Source of the DNA: Nitrospirota bacterium
GTDB taxonomy: Bacteria > Nitrospirota > UBA9217
Length of the DNA: 64,000 nucleotides
NCBI GenBank assembly: GCA_963796285.1
Contig: CAWCKW010000001.1
Span: forward strand, 72,748-136,747
Direction: 5' to 3'
In this document: piece by piece, positions 1 through 10,393 of the stretch
How the letters are laid out: every line of letters starts with the position of its first letter
Position numbering within the stretch: the stretch's first letter is position 1
The notes under the pieces: generated by a model
Databases searched by the model: none
Told to the model about the DNA's origin: nothing
The model's input: only the letters and a program-made list of their open reading frames with translations
Position numbers and translations under genes: made by a program

Positions 1-202
1 GAATCAGGGGCGATGGCGTTTATCCTGCTCTGATCGACAAAATAAAACCATCATGAAGATCATTGTGAATGTCTGAATAAGAAGTCTCGTCAATGCTCAT
101 TTGATCTCGAACACGTATCATCTCATTTTATTTATAACGATATCATGCCCGCGAGTGAAGACTAAACGCAACATTTTCATGACCATTTATGATCCCATCA
201 AT

Positions 203-319
203 TTATCTATATGTTCTGCGGTCTTTGCCAGACCTTCTGTCCTTTTCACTTCTCCGTTCAGGCCCCTTGTAATGTGGATCATTGAATTTTCTTCTATCGT
301 GACCAGATCTTCGATTCAT
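203..319 (-). CDS. 38-aa arginine-rich repeat microprotein (MNRRSGHDRRKFNDPHYKGPERRSEKDRRSGKDRRTYR), putative c-di-GMP binder
   Basis: Hand translation. ATG preceded by GTGAGG SD; repeated RRSxxDRR units and a YxGPERR motif. Below the ORF-track length cutoff. Confidence 0.6.
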   Translation of the reverse strand: MNRRSGHDRRKFNDPHYKGPERRSEKDRRSGKDRRTYR

Positions 320-678
320 AGCGGACCTCACTTTAGCTTGCTACGTTCACGATGAAAGCCGTATATCAGCAAAACGCCTATTTACGGTAGATTACTTGAG
401 GAAACATGAATTAAAAATTATTTTCACTGACTGCTCAGCGTTTGGGGTGTAATCCGGATATATACCAACATGCCGCTATTGTGGAACAATTCACCACTTG
501 ACTGAAGTATATCATAACACAAATATATCATACAGCATTTTTTTAAGGCTATCTGTAACGTAAGCAATAGCTGAAGTGTTTTGCCGGCTAGGGTTAAAAC
601 TTCGGCGGCGCATACGGCGACTTCGCGTAAAACGGCATTTTCTATTGACTGCAACCTTTTTCACGGTATAATCATGCC

Positions 679-2094
679 ATGCGCGAACTCACCAGAGGTG
701 AAGAATTCTACGATGGTACTGCCCTGCTCGGCGATCCGGTCCATGGGTACATCTCGTTCACCACGCCCCGCGCGACCGGCGAGAAGACCGAGAAGGACCT
801 GATCGACACCCTCTGGATGCAGCGACTGCGCCAGATCTACCAGCTCCAGAGCGCCCGGTGGGTCTATCCATCGGCGGAGCACAGCAGGTTCCAGCATTCG
901 CTCGGTGCTATGCATCTGGCGGGCCGGTTCGCCCGTCACCTTTACCCGTCTCTCAAGGCCGCTGCGCCGGATTGTCCTTCGGCAAACTTTATCGAAGAAC
1001 TGCTTCGCGTGACCGCGCTCCTTCATGACGTAGGGCATGGCCCCTTCGGCCATTTTTTCGACGATAACTATCTCGAACAGTTCGACTTGACCCATGAAAA
1101 ACTGGGGCAGCACATTATCAAGACCGAGCTGGCGGAGATCATCAGAGACATCCGGAGAAGTCCGAACGGTGAATTCGCAAAGAAGGAGAAGCTGGACCCC
1201 GAGCAGATCGCGTTCCTGATCGGCAAGGGAGTTCAACCGGCATCGACGTCAAAAAAACAGCAGTGGCTCGTATTCCTTCAGCCCCTTCTCTCGGGTATTT
1301 ACACCGTCGACAACCTCGACTATGTCATGCGCGACGCCTACATGTGCGGGGTGGCCATCGGAGCGGTGGACATCGACCGGCTGATGTATTACACGTTCTT
1401 CACGGACAAGGGCCTCACACTCCACAAGTCCGGACTTACCGCATTGAACATGTTTCTGAATGCCCGGTTGTATATGTACACGAACGTCTACTACCATCGC
1501 ACCACGCGGGCGATCGACGAGCACCTCAAGGAGCTTTTCAAGGACACCATGGGGGTGTTGTTTCCATTCAATCCGGTTGAGAACCTCAAGGCATACCTGG
1601 AACTGACCGACTGGTCCCTGCTCGAGGCCGTGCGGAAATGGGACGGCAACGGGGAAGGGTCCACAGCCGCGCTCGGACGGGAATGGGCGGCCATCCTGTC
1701 GCGTGAAGTAAAATGGAAAATGGCCTATGACGTTACGCTTTCGATGAAAACCTTCGAAAAAGGGAAGACCATCATCGACGCCAGGGAACTGGTGAGCCGC
1801 ATCAAGAGGCACCTCTCGCCGAAGCTTAAAGACCTGCAGTTCAGGGTGGATATGGCGAGCCAGGACCCGAGGCCGGTCAACCCGCTTATGATGGGCGAGC
1901 GGCAGATCCACGTGTTCAATCCCTCGACGCGTAAAGTGGAGAAAGAGCCGCTCAAGGATTTCTTTGACTATATCCCTGCCCGCGTTGTACAGTGCCGGGT
2001 CTTTACCCTGAACCACGACCACGATGAAGAGCTTGCCGAGATCGTTGAGAAGGTCCTCGGCATCCAGGAAGAGAGCATCAAAACCAACGTCTGA
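679..2094 (+). CDS. HD-domain phosphohydrolase (SAMHD1/dNTP triphosphohydrolase-like)
   Basis: DPVHGYI, QRLRQIYQL, HSRFQHSLG, LLHDVGHGPFGH, DNLDYVMRD and VYYHRTTR motifs. Confidence 0.9.
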   Translation: MRELTRGEEFYDGTALLGDPVHGYISFTTPRATGEKTEKDLIDTLWMQRLRQIYQLQSARWVYPSAEHSRFQHSLGAMHLAGRFARHLYPSLKAAAPDCPSANFIEELLRVTALLHDVGHGPFGHFFDDNYLEQFDLTHEKLGQHIIKTELAEIIRDIRRSPNGEFAKKEKLDPEQIAFLIGKGVQPASTSKKQQWLVFLQPLLSGIYTVDNLDYVMRDAYMCGVAIGAVDIDRLMYYTFFTDKGLTLHKSGLTALNMFLNARLYMYTNVYYHRTTRAIDEHLKELFKDTMGVLFPFNPVENLKAYLELTDWSLLEAVRKWDGNGEGSTAALGREWAAILSREVKWKMAYDVTLSMKTFEKGKTIIDARELVSRIKRHLSPKLKDLQFRVDMASQDPRPVNPLMMGERQIHVFNPSTRKVEKEPLKDFFDYIPARVVQCRVFTLNHDHDEELAEIVEKVLGIQEESIKTNV

Positions 2095-2337
2095 TCCATC
2101 CTCGATCGTGCATACGAAGTATCCTGTTTATAGCAGGATGCTGTGTATTCACCGCCATGATCAAGAGGCGGCGGTGAGAAGAGATATTATGCAAATGCTG
2201 CTGGCATGAGGCAAGGATGTCTGACAGACAAATGGGTGAGGTTGCCCGTTAAAAGAGGACCATATTCTTCCGGAAAAGGTAGCACGGTTAAACCTTCGGC
2301 TTAACTTCTCCCGGATCTTACTTATCAGGAGGGATGT

Positions 2338-3165
2338 ATGTTGGGAAATATAAGATTGTTGGTACTGGTTCTCGTGCTGGCGGTCACGGTTGTTGGTTGC
2401 AGCGGCGGGAATTCGAGCACCTATACGATATCGGGAACCGTTAGCTCATCAGGCGCAGGGTTACAAGGCGTTATCGTCATTGTAGCCTTAAGCGAGGTCA
2501 GTTCGGCAACGGCCACGACTGATGCTAGTGGAAATTACGCCATCCAGAACCTTGCGAAAGGTAGCTACACTATTACGCCAACGAGAACAGGCTATACGTT
2601 CAGTCCATCCGCGTTGACCGCAGTGGTAAACGATGCAAATGTGGGCGGTCAGGATTTTATTGTCACAGCGAATTCTTCCCTCAACTGTACCGCCGGCAAC
2701 GGCAGCGGCACGAATGGAATACAGTTTTATAATTACGGCATTATAGTTGCCCAGGATAGCTCATCTACTGCGAACGCAGCAGCAACCTCTGCGTTGACGT
2801 GGCAGGTTAAGTATCAAAACATTTATAATTTATCAGCCGATGCTTATTGCGGCTCGCTTCGTGCGCGTCTGTGGGCAGTACCTTATTCTGTCTCCAGCGG
2901 TGTGTTTGATAATGCTTATATTATCGGGAGCTTTTATCCGAGGTTCACAGGAACCGGGGCGGCCAGCTCAGATCAATTATACGTTGGTTCCACGAGCGCA
3001 ATCCAGGTTACCAGTTCGACGGCACAACAAAATCCGCCTGCTGGGGAATATTGCATAGTGGCCATACTTGAAGAGTACAACGACAACGGTGCTTATTGTT
3101 CCAGTCCGGATCACTATTGCGTGAGTGACTGGTGGCAGTCCGGGAACTCGTGGAGATTCTACTAA
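2338..3165 (+). CDS. Lipoprotein with carboxypeptidase-regulatory-like beta-sandwich and unknown Cys-containing C-terminal domain
   Basis: Lipobox VVGC; ISGTV...TTDASGNY...YTITPTRTGYTFSP pattern; GGAGG SD. Confidence 0.75.
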   Translation: MLGNIRLLVLVLVLAVTVVGCSGGNSSTYTISGTVSSSGAGLQGVIVIVALSEVSSATATTDASGNYAIQNLAKGSYTITPTRTGYTFSPSALTAVVNDANVGGQDFIVTANSSLNCTAGNGSGTNGIQFYNYGIIVAQDSSSTANAAATSALTWQVKYQNIYNLSADAYCGSLRARLWAVPYSVSSGVFDNAYIIGSFYPRFTGTGAASSDQLYVGSTSAIQVTSSTAQQNPPAGEYCIVAILEEYNDNGAYCSSPDHYCVSDWWQSGNSWRFY

Positions 3166-3367
3166 ACAAATTCTACCATCTGCGCTGACGCTTGATGAAC
3201 GCTGCGGGCGTTTGCAGCTTATTGCATCTCAGTGCAGGTACAAAGGGTATAGGGAACCATAGCTCACGCACTCATAATCGCCGGGTGCATGCAGAGGACT
3301 CAGAGGGCAGTGTTGTCTCCTTTCGGCTGGTCGGTGTCTTTCGGGATGAATCATTATTTCGTCCGAA

Positions 3368-3858
3368 TTATTTCCCCGCAAGTTTATGTTTTTGTCTTGA
3401 TTGGTATATGATAATCGAGAGATATCCAACGACTCCAACATTCACGATCAAAAGAACGGCTTTTGGCCATGTTACCCCGCGGGCAATCTCGAATAGTTCG
3501 AGAGGAATGTAGATGCTGCCCATAAGAAGACCGAACCATTCGGCCCATTGCCGCTCATGCCAGAGGCCATATGCTTCGACGAAGCGAACCACAGCGTAGA
3601 GCAGGGCAGAGAGCGCCATGAGCCACAGTTGCCCGTTAGTCACGTGATCGGCCAGATCGAGAAATATCGGGGATAATGGCTGGCGGGATTCAAGTGGAAG
3701 TGCCGGACCAGCCGCTCGGCAGCCAAGTGAATGTCCTTATGAATGTACGCCAACAACCCGCACCCGGTCAGCAAGACAAGCAGTCCTTTAGCCGCTTCAA
3801 AGACGGATACGACACGGAGACCCTCTTTTACCTGTCCACGTTTATTGCCCATTCCCAT
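3368..3858 (-). CDS. DUF2127-family membrane protein (frameshift near 3650)
   Basis: ORFs 3640-3891 (FEAAKGLLVLL, HFHLNPASHYP) and 3368-3643 (VEAYGLW..RQWAEWF, YIPLELFE) are two halves of one family member. Confidence 0.75.
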
Positions 3859-4049
3859 CACACACACCGCCCGTTTTAAAACACAAGTCAAATAATAGTA
3901 TCTTTGATCTCCTCATGAAGAGTGTAACGTCATTGCCGGATAGTGCAGATTTGGGAGAAATACAACCAGACATCCCGAAGACATAAATTTATCGGAGAGT
4001 CAGGTATGAATGCTTCATTAATCATCATCCCCTCCATCTTGTAATCATT

Positions 4050-5477
4050 TCAAAAATGCATTGCATTCTGTATGATCGCGATCATCGGCCCCGGATACAC
4101 CCCGAGCCAGATGAGCAGGATGACGAGCGCTGCGAGGACCATGCTGCCGGAAGGCGAAAGCACGGCTATAGTCTTGTCTTCTTGCTCCGAGTGAGAGAAC
4201 ATTGCGACGATGATCCGGAGATAGTAAAAGAGCCCGATAACGCTGTTCCCAATCATCACAATAACAACCAGCCAGAGGGCGGATCCCACGCCTGCCGCGA
4301 TGACGTAAAATTTCCCCACGAATCCGGCTGTCAGGGGAATGCCTGCGAGCGAGAACAGCATGAAGGTAAAGACACCCGCAAGCCATGGTCTTCTCCAGGC
4401 AAGGCCCTGATAATCGTCCATGCGATCGGCATCGCGGTCTTGTTCAGAGATCACGGTGACCACACCAAATGCGCCGAGGGTGGTGATGAAATACGCCGTC
4501 AGATAAAAGGCGGCTGCGGTCATTGCCAGGGGGCCGCTTGCCAGAACGGTCACGAGCAGATATCCCAGATGAGAGATCGACGAGTACGCGAGGATGCGCT
4601 TCACGTTTGTCTGGAACAGGGCGAGGAGATTGCCGGCGAACATCGACGCGATGGCGATGATGGTGAATATCGCGAATAGCGGCGTGTGGGAATGGATATC
4701 GATCAGGGTGAAGTAACGAAGCACGAGTGCGAACACCGCGCCTTTGGACACCGTGGCTATGAAGGCCGTCACGGGAGCCGGCGCTCCTTCGTACACATCG
4801 GGCGTCCACATGTGGAAGGGAACCACGGCGAGCTTGAACCCAAGTCCGACGAGGATCATCACGATACCGGCAAGGAACATCAGACGATGAGCTCCCGGAC
4901 CTGCTGCGAAAGCAGCGATACCGCTGAACGCCATGCTGCCGCTTTCGGCATACACCAGCGCCATGCCGAAGAGGATGAATGCAGATGAGACCGCGGCCAG
5001 GATGAGGTACTTGATGCCGGCCTCGACACCACGGTCGCTGTGCCGGAGATAGGCTGCGAGGGCATAGAGCGAGACGCTTAAGAGTTCAATGCCGAGGAAG
5101 AACGAGGCAAAGTGAGCTGCTGCAGCGAGCACGGAGCAGCCGAGCGTGGCGATGATCAGCAGCAGATAGAATTCCTCTCTATGTCCTTGTTGCATCTCAA
5201 GATAGGAATAAGAAAGGCCGGCCACGGCAAAGCTTGCTGCCACGATAAGACCGATATAAAAAAGGGCGGAGTGGTCGACCACGAGAAGAGGAGTGACCAA
5301 GCGCGGGAGCGTGCAGGAAACGAGGGGAAGGCTTGCTGCCGACAGGAAAAGTCCCGAGAGTGTCAGGATGACAGTGAGCTTGTGGCTGCGGTTAAATGCG
5401 ATGGTCAGCATGACCACAACTGCGGTGGCTGCAAGGATGATGAAGGGTGAAAGAGTCTGCAGGTAAGCGATGCTCAT
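4050..5477 (-). CDS. nuoN: NADH-quinone oxidoreductase subunit N
   Basis: EAGIKY, FKLAVVPFHMWTPDVYEGAP, KRILAYSSISH motifs; operon position. Confidence 0.97.
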   Translation of the reverse strand: MSIAYLQTLSPFIILAATAVVVMLTIAFNRSHKLTVILTLSGLFLSAASLPLVSCTLPRLVTPLLVVDHSALFYIGLIVAASFAVAGLSYSYLEMQQGHREEFYLLLIIATLGCSVLAAAAHFASFFLGIELLSVSLYALAAYLRHSDRGVEAGIKYLILAAVSSAFILFGMALVYAESGSMAFSGIAAFAAGPGAHRLMFLAGIVMILVGLGFKLAVVPFHMWTPDVYEGAPAPVTAFIATVSKGAVFALVLRYFTLIDIHSHTPLFAIFTIIAIASMFAGNLLALFQTNVKRILAYSSISHLGYLLVTVLASGPLAMTAAAFYLTAYFITTLGAFGVVTVISEQDRDADRMDDYQGLAWRRPWLAGVFTFMLFSLAGIPLTAGFVGKFYVIAAGVGSALWLVVIVMIGNSVIGLFYYLRIIVAMFSHSEQEDKTIAVLSPSGSMVLAALVILLIWLGVYPGPMIAIIQNAMHF

Positions 5478-7115
5478 TTTCCGCCTCCCTGATTGGAGGC
5501 AGGAAACGTCAAAATATTCACCACAGAGTTCACAGAGGTTTTTGAATATCTAATAGATTTTATCTCGGCGTTCTCTGTAGTTATTTTATGAAGATTCATT
5601 GCGTTGTTATGATCTGGAATCTGAATCTCTCCGTGTTCTCTGTGGTTAACGAATTGAATGGCATTTAGGAGCGGTTCGACTGTTTTCAGAACAGGCCGCG
5701 GGTAAAGGCCAAGCCAGAGTATCACGAGGACCATTACCGCCATCGAGCCTGTTTCGCGTGAAGAAAGGTCAATAAGCTTCAGACCATCTTGCCTCTTGCC
5801 ATGGAACACGCGCTGGACGATCCAGAGCGAGTAGATCGCGGCCAGAACAAGCCCGCTGGCGGCGAACATGGTGATCACGGGGTGGGTCCGGTATGAACCG
5901 ATCAGCACCATGAACTCGGCAACGAAATTGCCGAAACCCGGCAGGCCGAGTGAGGCAAGGGCAAAGACAAGACCGAAGCCGCCGAGTCGCGGCGCCGCTG
6001 ACCAGAACCCGCCCATGCCTCCCAGCTCGCGGGTATGGACGCGCTCCTGGATCATCCCGACGATGATGAACAGCGCGCCCGTGCTGATGCCGTGGGCCAC
6101 CATCTGCATGGTCGCGCCTGAGAGGGCGATCTGATTCCCGGCGAAGATGCCGATGAGCACAAAGCCCATGTGGCTCACGCTGGTATACGCCACGAGACGC
6201 TTCAAATCGGTTTGGCCAAACGCGAGCAGAGCGCCGTAGATGATACCGATGACGCCCAGCACCAGCATTATCGGTCCAATGGTCGCAACAGCATCGGGGA
6301 AGAGCGGCAGCACGAAGCGCAGAAGTCCATAGGCCCCGGTCTTGAGCAGGAGCCCGGCAAGGACAACGCTTCCTGCTGTCGGTGCCTCGGTGTGGGCATC
6401 AGGCAGCCAGGGATGGAACGGGACGACCGGCAGCTTTACAATGAAACGCAATGACAAACCCGAGCATGATCCAGAACGCTGCCTGGGAAGACAAGGCGAT
6501 ATGGCGCAGCAGCGAGTAATCGAAGGTATAAACGCCCGTGTCCTGGCCATGTATGAAATAGAGTGCAAGGATCGAAAGGAGCATCAGCAGGCCGCCTGCC
6601 TGGGTGAAGATGAAGAACTTGAGCGATGCATAGACGCGGTTCTCGTGCCCCCAGATGTTGATCAGGAAGTACATCGGGATGAGCATCAACTCCCAGAAGA
6701 AGTAGAACAGGAACAGGTCCACGGCCAGAAACACGCCGAGGATCCCCGCGAGGATCCAGAGCAGGTTCATGTGGAAGAACCCAACGCGCTCTCGGATCTC
6801 GGTCCAGGAGCAGATGACGGAGATGATACCGAGAAACAGGGTAAGCGCCACGAGTACGAGGCTCAGGCCGTCCATTGCGAGGTGCAGGCTGATGCCGAGC
6901 TGAGGGATCCACGGTTTGTTTATTTCGGTCAGCCAGGCGCTTTGAGTGAGATCGAGTCGGATGGCGGCGCTCGACCAGAATGATAACAGCAGGACGGCGT
7001 CGAGTGCGAGCGCGGCGAGGGACAGCCACCGGGACAGGGTGTTGTTCCTGTTCCCGAAGAACCATGCCAGCAGTCCGCCGATCAGCGGTATGATGATGAG
7101 CCAGATTAGGATCAT
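5474..7115 (-). CDS. nuoM: NADH-quinone oxidoreductase subunit M (frameshift near 6440)
   Basis: ORF 6399-7115 (DGLS, FWELMLIPMY) plus ORF 5474-6568 (PFHPWLPDAHTEAPTAGS, KRLVAYTSVSH). Confidence 0.95.
5517..5649. repeat. 9-nt-period inverted-repeat element embedded in the nuoM 3' end
   Basis: CACCACAGAGTTCACAGAG versus CTCGGCGTTCTCTGTAG and CTCCGTGTTCTCTGTGGTT. Confidence 0.7.
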
Positions 7116-7489
7116 GTAGTAGCCCCTCCCTTGATGGGAGGGGTTGGGGAGGGTGATTTCTGAGAGCAGGTTCTTAGAATCATTTCCAAAACCCCTTCGA
7201 TTTTTGTAAGTACTTCATGATTCCAGAATCTTAAAACAGAGAACCCTTGTGACATTAGCCAGATATCCCGATGTGAATCAACTGCTTCAGAATGCTGACC
7301 ACCATCAACTTCAACGACTACAGCTTTTTCATAACATACAAAATCCACAATGTAGTTGCCGATTGGTTCTTGTCTCCTGAACTTCAATCCTTCAACTTGC
7401 TTAAAACGCAGGTGCTTCCATAAGAATCTTTCTGCGTCAGTAGCGTTTTTCCGTAGGTTTTTGGCCTTCTTGGTTAGATCAAGCGTCAA
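7112..7489 (-). CDS. DUF559 (Vsr-like PD-(D/E)XK) endonuclease-domain protein
   Basis: LRKNATDAERFLW, KFRRQEPIGNYIVDF, VVEVDGGQH, VLRFWNHEV; probable TTG start at 7489. Confidence 0.92.
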   Translation of the reverse strand: MTLDLTKKAKNLRKNATDAERFLWKHLRFKQVEGLKFRRQEPIGNYIVDFVCYEKAVVVEVDGGQHSEAVDSHRDIWLMSQGFSVLRFWNHEVLTKIEGVLEMILRTCSQKSPSPTPPIKGGATT

Positions 7490-7532
7490 AATGCCTTCCC
7501 TCCCCAACCCCTCCCACTAGGGGAGGGGCTAC
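7119..7532. mobile_element. DUF559 cassette bounded by ~36-bp terminal inverted repeats
   Basis: GTAGCCCCTCCCTTGATGGGAGGGGTTGGGGAGGG (from 7119) is the near-perfect reverse complement of CCCTCCCCAACCCCTCCCACTAGGGGAGGGGCTAC (to 7532). Confidence 0.7.
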
Positions 7533-7536
7533 AGCT

Positions 7537-9428
7537 CTATTGAAGAAGCATCACGATCCCCAAAAACACTACCGCGCCTACGACCATCGCCATCGCGTAC
7601 CACCTGATGTTGCCGGTCTGGGTCTTACTCAGTGTTGTGCTCAGCACACGATTCAATGACGCGATGCCGGCATACCCGGAATCGATGAGATCATGCCTGC
7701 TGATGCGCGTGAGCCACATAAATGGCCGTATAAAAAGACGGTCATACATCGCGTCGAAGTCCCATCCAGCGAGCCAGAATTTTCTGATCGACTCGAACGT
7801 GCGTACACGGGCGATCCGATCAGCGTATTGAGGACCATCGGACAAAGAACAGGTAGGCGATGAAGATGCCTGAAAGGGAAACGATCGACGCGATGATCTG
7901 GAGCATGCCTTCACCGACGACGGGTTCAATGGCCTTTTCGCTGAACACCGTCCGCAGGAAGTTCGAGAACAGGGGCTGGTTCCCGAGCGTCTCCGGCAGC
8001 TCCACAAACCCTCCGATGATCGAGAGTACGGCAAGGATGATGAGCGGTGCGAGCATCTTTGCCCCCGGCTTATGGCTTACCGGTGTTTTTAATTCTCCAA
8101 AGAAGGTGAGGAAAACCATGCGGAAGGTGTAGATCGACGTAATGAACGCACCGAAGAGTCCGGCAGCCCACAAGGCCATGCTACCTGAACCGGATGACCA
8201 GGCTTTCCACAGGATCAGGTCCTTGCTGTAGAATCCCGCTGTCACGAGCGGAAGGGCGGACAAGGAAGCTGAACCGATCAGAAATGTCCAGAATACGGCC
8301 GGAAGTTTGTTCTTCAAACCTCCCATCTTGAACATGTCCTGCTCGTGGTGCTGGGCAAGGATCACTGCGCCAGCGCCGAGGAACAGGAGCGCCTTGAAGA
8401 ACGCGTGTGTCATGAGGTGGAAGATGGCTGCGGACCAGGCGCCCACGCCAAGGGCCAGGAACATGTATCCGAGCTGGCTGATGGTGGAGTAGGCGAGGAC
8501 GCGCTTGATGTCTTTTTGCGCCATCGCGCTGAGGCCCGCGACCAGAAGCGTGGCTGCTCCGAGGACAGCGATCACCGATTGCACAACAGGCGCGAGCTCG
8601 AACAGGACATGGGTCCGTGCAATAAGGTACACGCCGGCGGTGACCATGGTTGCTGCGTGGATCAGGGCACTGACAGGCGTGGGACCTGCCATGGCGTCGG
8701 GCAGCCATACCTGGAAGGGTAGCTGGGCTGATTTTCCGAGAGCCCCGCCAAGCAGAAGGGCGGCGGCAAGAACCGCGGTTTCAGAACCAACAGACCATTG
8801 TTTCGGGGCGAGGGTCATCAGCTCCTGAATATTCAGGGTGCCGAGGTTCGTGAACAGGAGGAAAAGACCCAATGCCATGGCAGTGTCGCCGACGCGTGTC
8901 ACGATGAAGGCCTTTCTCGCGGCACGGCCGTTTGTTGGGTCCGAATACCAGAAGCCGATCAGGAGATAGCTGCAAAGCCCGACACCTTCCCACCCGAGGT
9001 ACAGGAGCAGCAGGTTGTCGGCGAGCACGAGGAGAAGCATCGAGCCCACGAAGAGGTTCATATACGCGAAGAAGCGGCTATAGCCCTCGTCTTCGATCAT
9101 GTATTCCGTAGAATAAAGGTGGATAACCAATCCCACAATGGTGACGATCAGTATCATGACCAGCGAAAGGGCATCGAGAGAGAAGGAGATCGGTTGCGAA
9201 TATCCCTCGAACTCCATCCACGTCCAGAGCGTCTGGGTGATGGCGTGACCCTGCGGTGGATTGCCGATGAACTCGAATCGCCATGAGAACGGCAAGGAGC
9301 GCGGACATTCCCACCGAGCCTGCGCCTACGAAGGCGATAGTCGTCCTCGAAAGACGGCGGCCTATCAGCGCCAGGACAAGGAATCCGGCAAAAGGCAGAG
9401 CGGGTATGAGGAAGAGAAATTCGTTCAT
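7537..9428 (-). CDS. nuoL: NADH-quinone oxidoreductase subunit L (frameshifts near 9278 and 7830)
   Basis: WEGVGLCSYLLIGFW, GKSAQLPFQVWLPDAMAGPTPVSALIHAATMV and HAFFKALLFL, spread over three ORF fragments. Confidence 0.95.
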
Positions 9429-9437
9429 AGTCAGGTT

Positions 9438-9528
9438 GTAGCCTCCCCCTTTAATGGGGGAGGTTGGTGGGGGTAAGTTCCGACTTTTCACCCTCCCCTC
9501 AGTCCCCTCCCATCAAGGGAGGGGATGC
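9438..9528. repeat. Empty copy of the DUF559-cassette inverted repeats
   Basis: GTAGCCTCCCCCTTTAATGGGGGAGGTTGGTGGGGGT, ~12-nt spacer, TCACCCTCCCCTCAGTCCCCTCCCATCAAGGGAGGGG. Confidence 0.75.
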
Positions 9529-9530
9529 TT

Positions 9531-9842
9531 CTACCCTTTCATCCTGCTTACAACATCGGTGTCCAGAGTCTTAAAATTATGGTATAGCTGGAGCACGAGC
9601 GCGAGCCCTACGGAAACTTCTGCTGCAGCCATGGTCAGAATGAAAATGAACATGACTTGTCCATCCACCTGTCCCCATCGCGCGCCGGCGACCACGAAGG
9701 CCAGGCCCACCGCGTTCAGCATGATCTCGACGCTCATGAGCATGAACACGATGTTCCTGCGCACGAGTACCCCGATGAGCCCGAGCACGAAGAGTATCGC
9801 AGCGAGGATGAGGCCGTGTTCCATGGGGATGTTTTGAATCAT
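9531..9842 (-). CDS. nuoK: NADH-quinone oxidoreductase subunit K
   Basis: [26 protein letters not shown]. Confidence 0.97.
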   Translation of the reverse strand: MIQNIPMEHGLILAAILFVLGLIGVLVRRNIVFMLMSVEIMLNAVGLAFVVAGARWGQVDGQVMFIFILTMAAAEVSVGLALVLQLYHNFKTLDTDVVSRMKG

Positions 9843-9851
9843 GATGCTCCT

Positions 9852-10346
9852 TTAATGCTTGTGCGGCCTGCCGAGATGGTAGGCGCCGACCAGTCCTGCC
9901 AGAAGCAGCATGGACGCCAGTTCCACACCCAGTACGTACGGACCAAGCAATGCAATGCCTACCTGTTTGGGTGTGATTTCAGTAATAGCAGAGATTCTCG
10001 CGTGTTCCATGGTGAACAGATAGATCAATTCCGATGCAAGGAACAGGCAGAGAATCGCCGGTCCTTTCCATATTCCCGGAGTAAGCAGCAGCGCTTCCTC
10101 TTTCGCGTGCGCTCCGCCGAGGTTCAGCATCATGATCACGAAGATGAAGAGCACCATGATGGCCCCGGCATAGATGATGACCTCGAGGGCGGCGACAAAA
10201 GGAGCGCCGAGGATAAAGAAAATCATCGCCACGGCCAGAAGCGAAACGATAAGGTACAGGAGCGCGTGCACCGTGTTCGTCCTGGTGATGACCAGGAGGG
10301 TCGACAGGACCGCAACGAGAGCTGCAATATAAAATAATATTGTCAT
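9852..10346 (-). CDS. nuoJ: NADH-quinone oxidoreductase subunit J
   Basis: HALLYL, IIYAGAIMVLFIFVIMML, ELASMLLL. Confidence 0.96.
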   Translation of the reverse strand: MTILFYIAALVAVLSTLLVITRTNTVHALLYLIVSLLAVAMIFFILGAPFVAALEVIIYAGAIMVLFIFVIMMLNLGGAHAKEEALLLTPGIWKGPAILCLFLASELIYLFTMEHARISAITEITPKQVGIALLGPYVLGVELASMLLLAGLVGAYHLGRPHKH

Positions 10347-10393
10347 AGTGAAGTCATTCTTTACGACCTTCGCGCTTGGCGAGAAACGATTGC

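Noticed and set aside
8-60. GGCGATGGCGTT resembling the start of a fluoride riboswitch
   Set aside because: The complementary stem and 3' TGATG..CTAC element are missing, and there is no relevant downstream gene.
2200-2330. Possible c-di-GMP riboswitch upstream of the lipoprotein
   Set aside because: No GGCAAACC/GAAA/GACGCAAA core could be matched.
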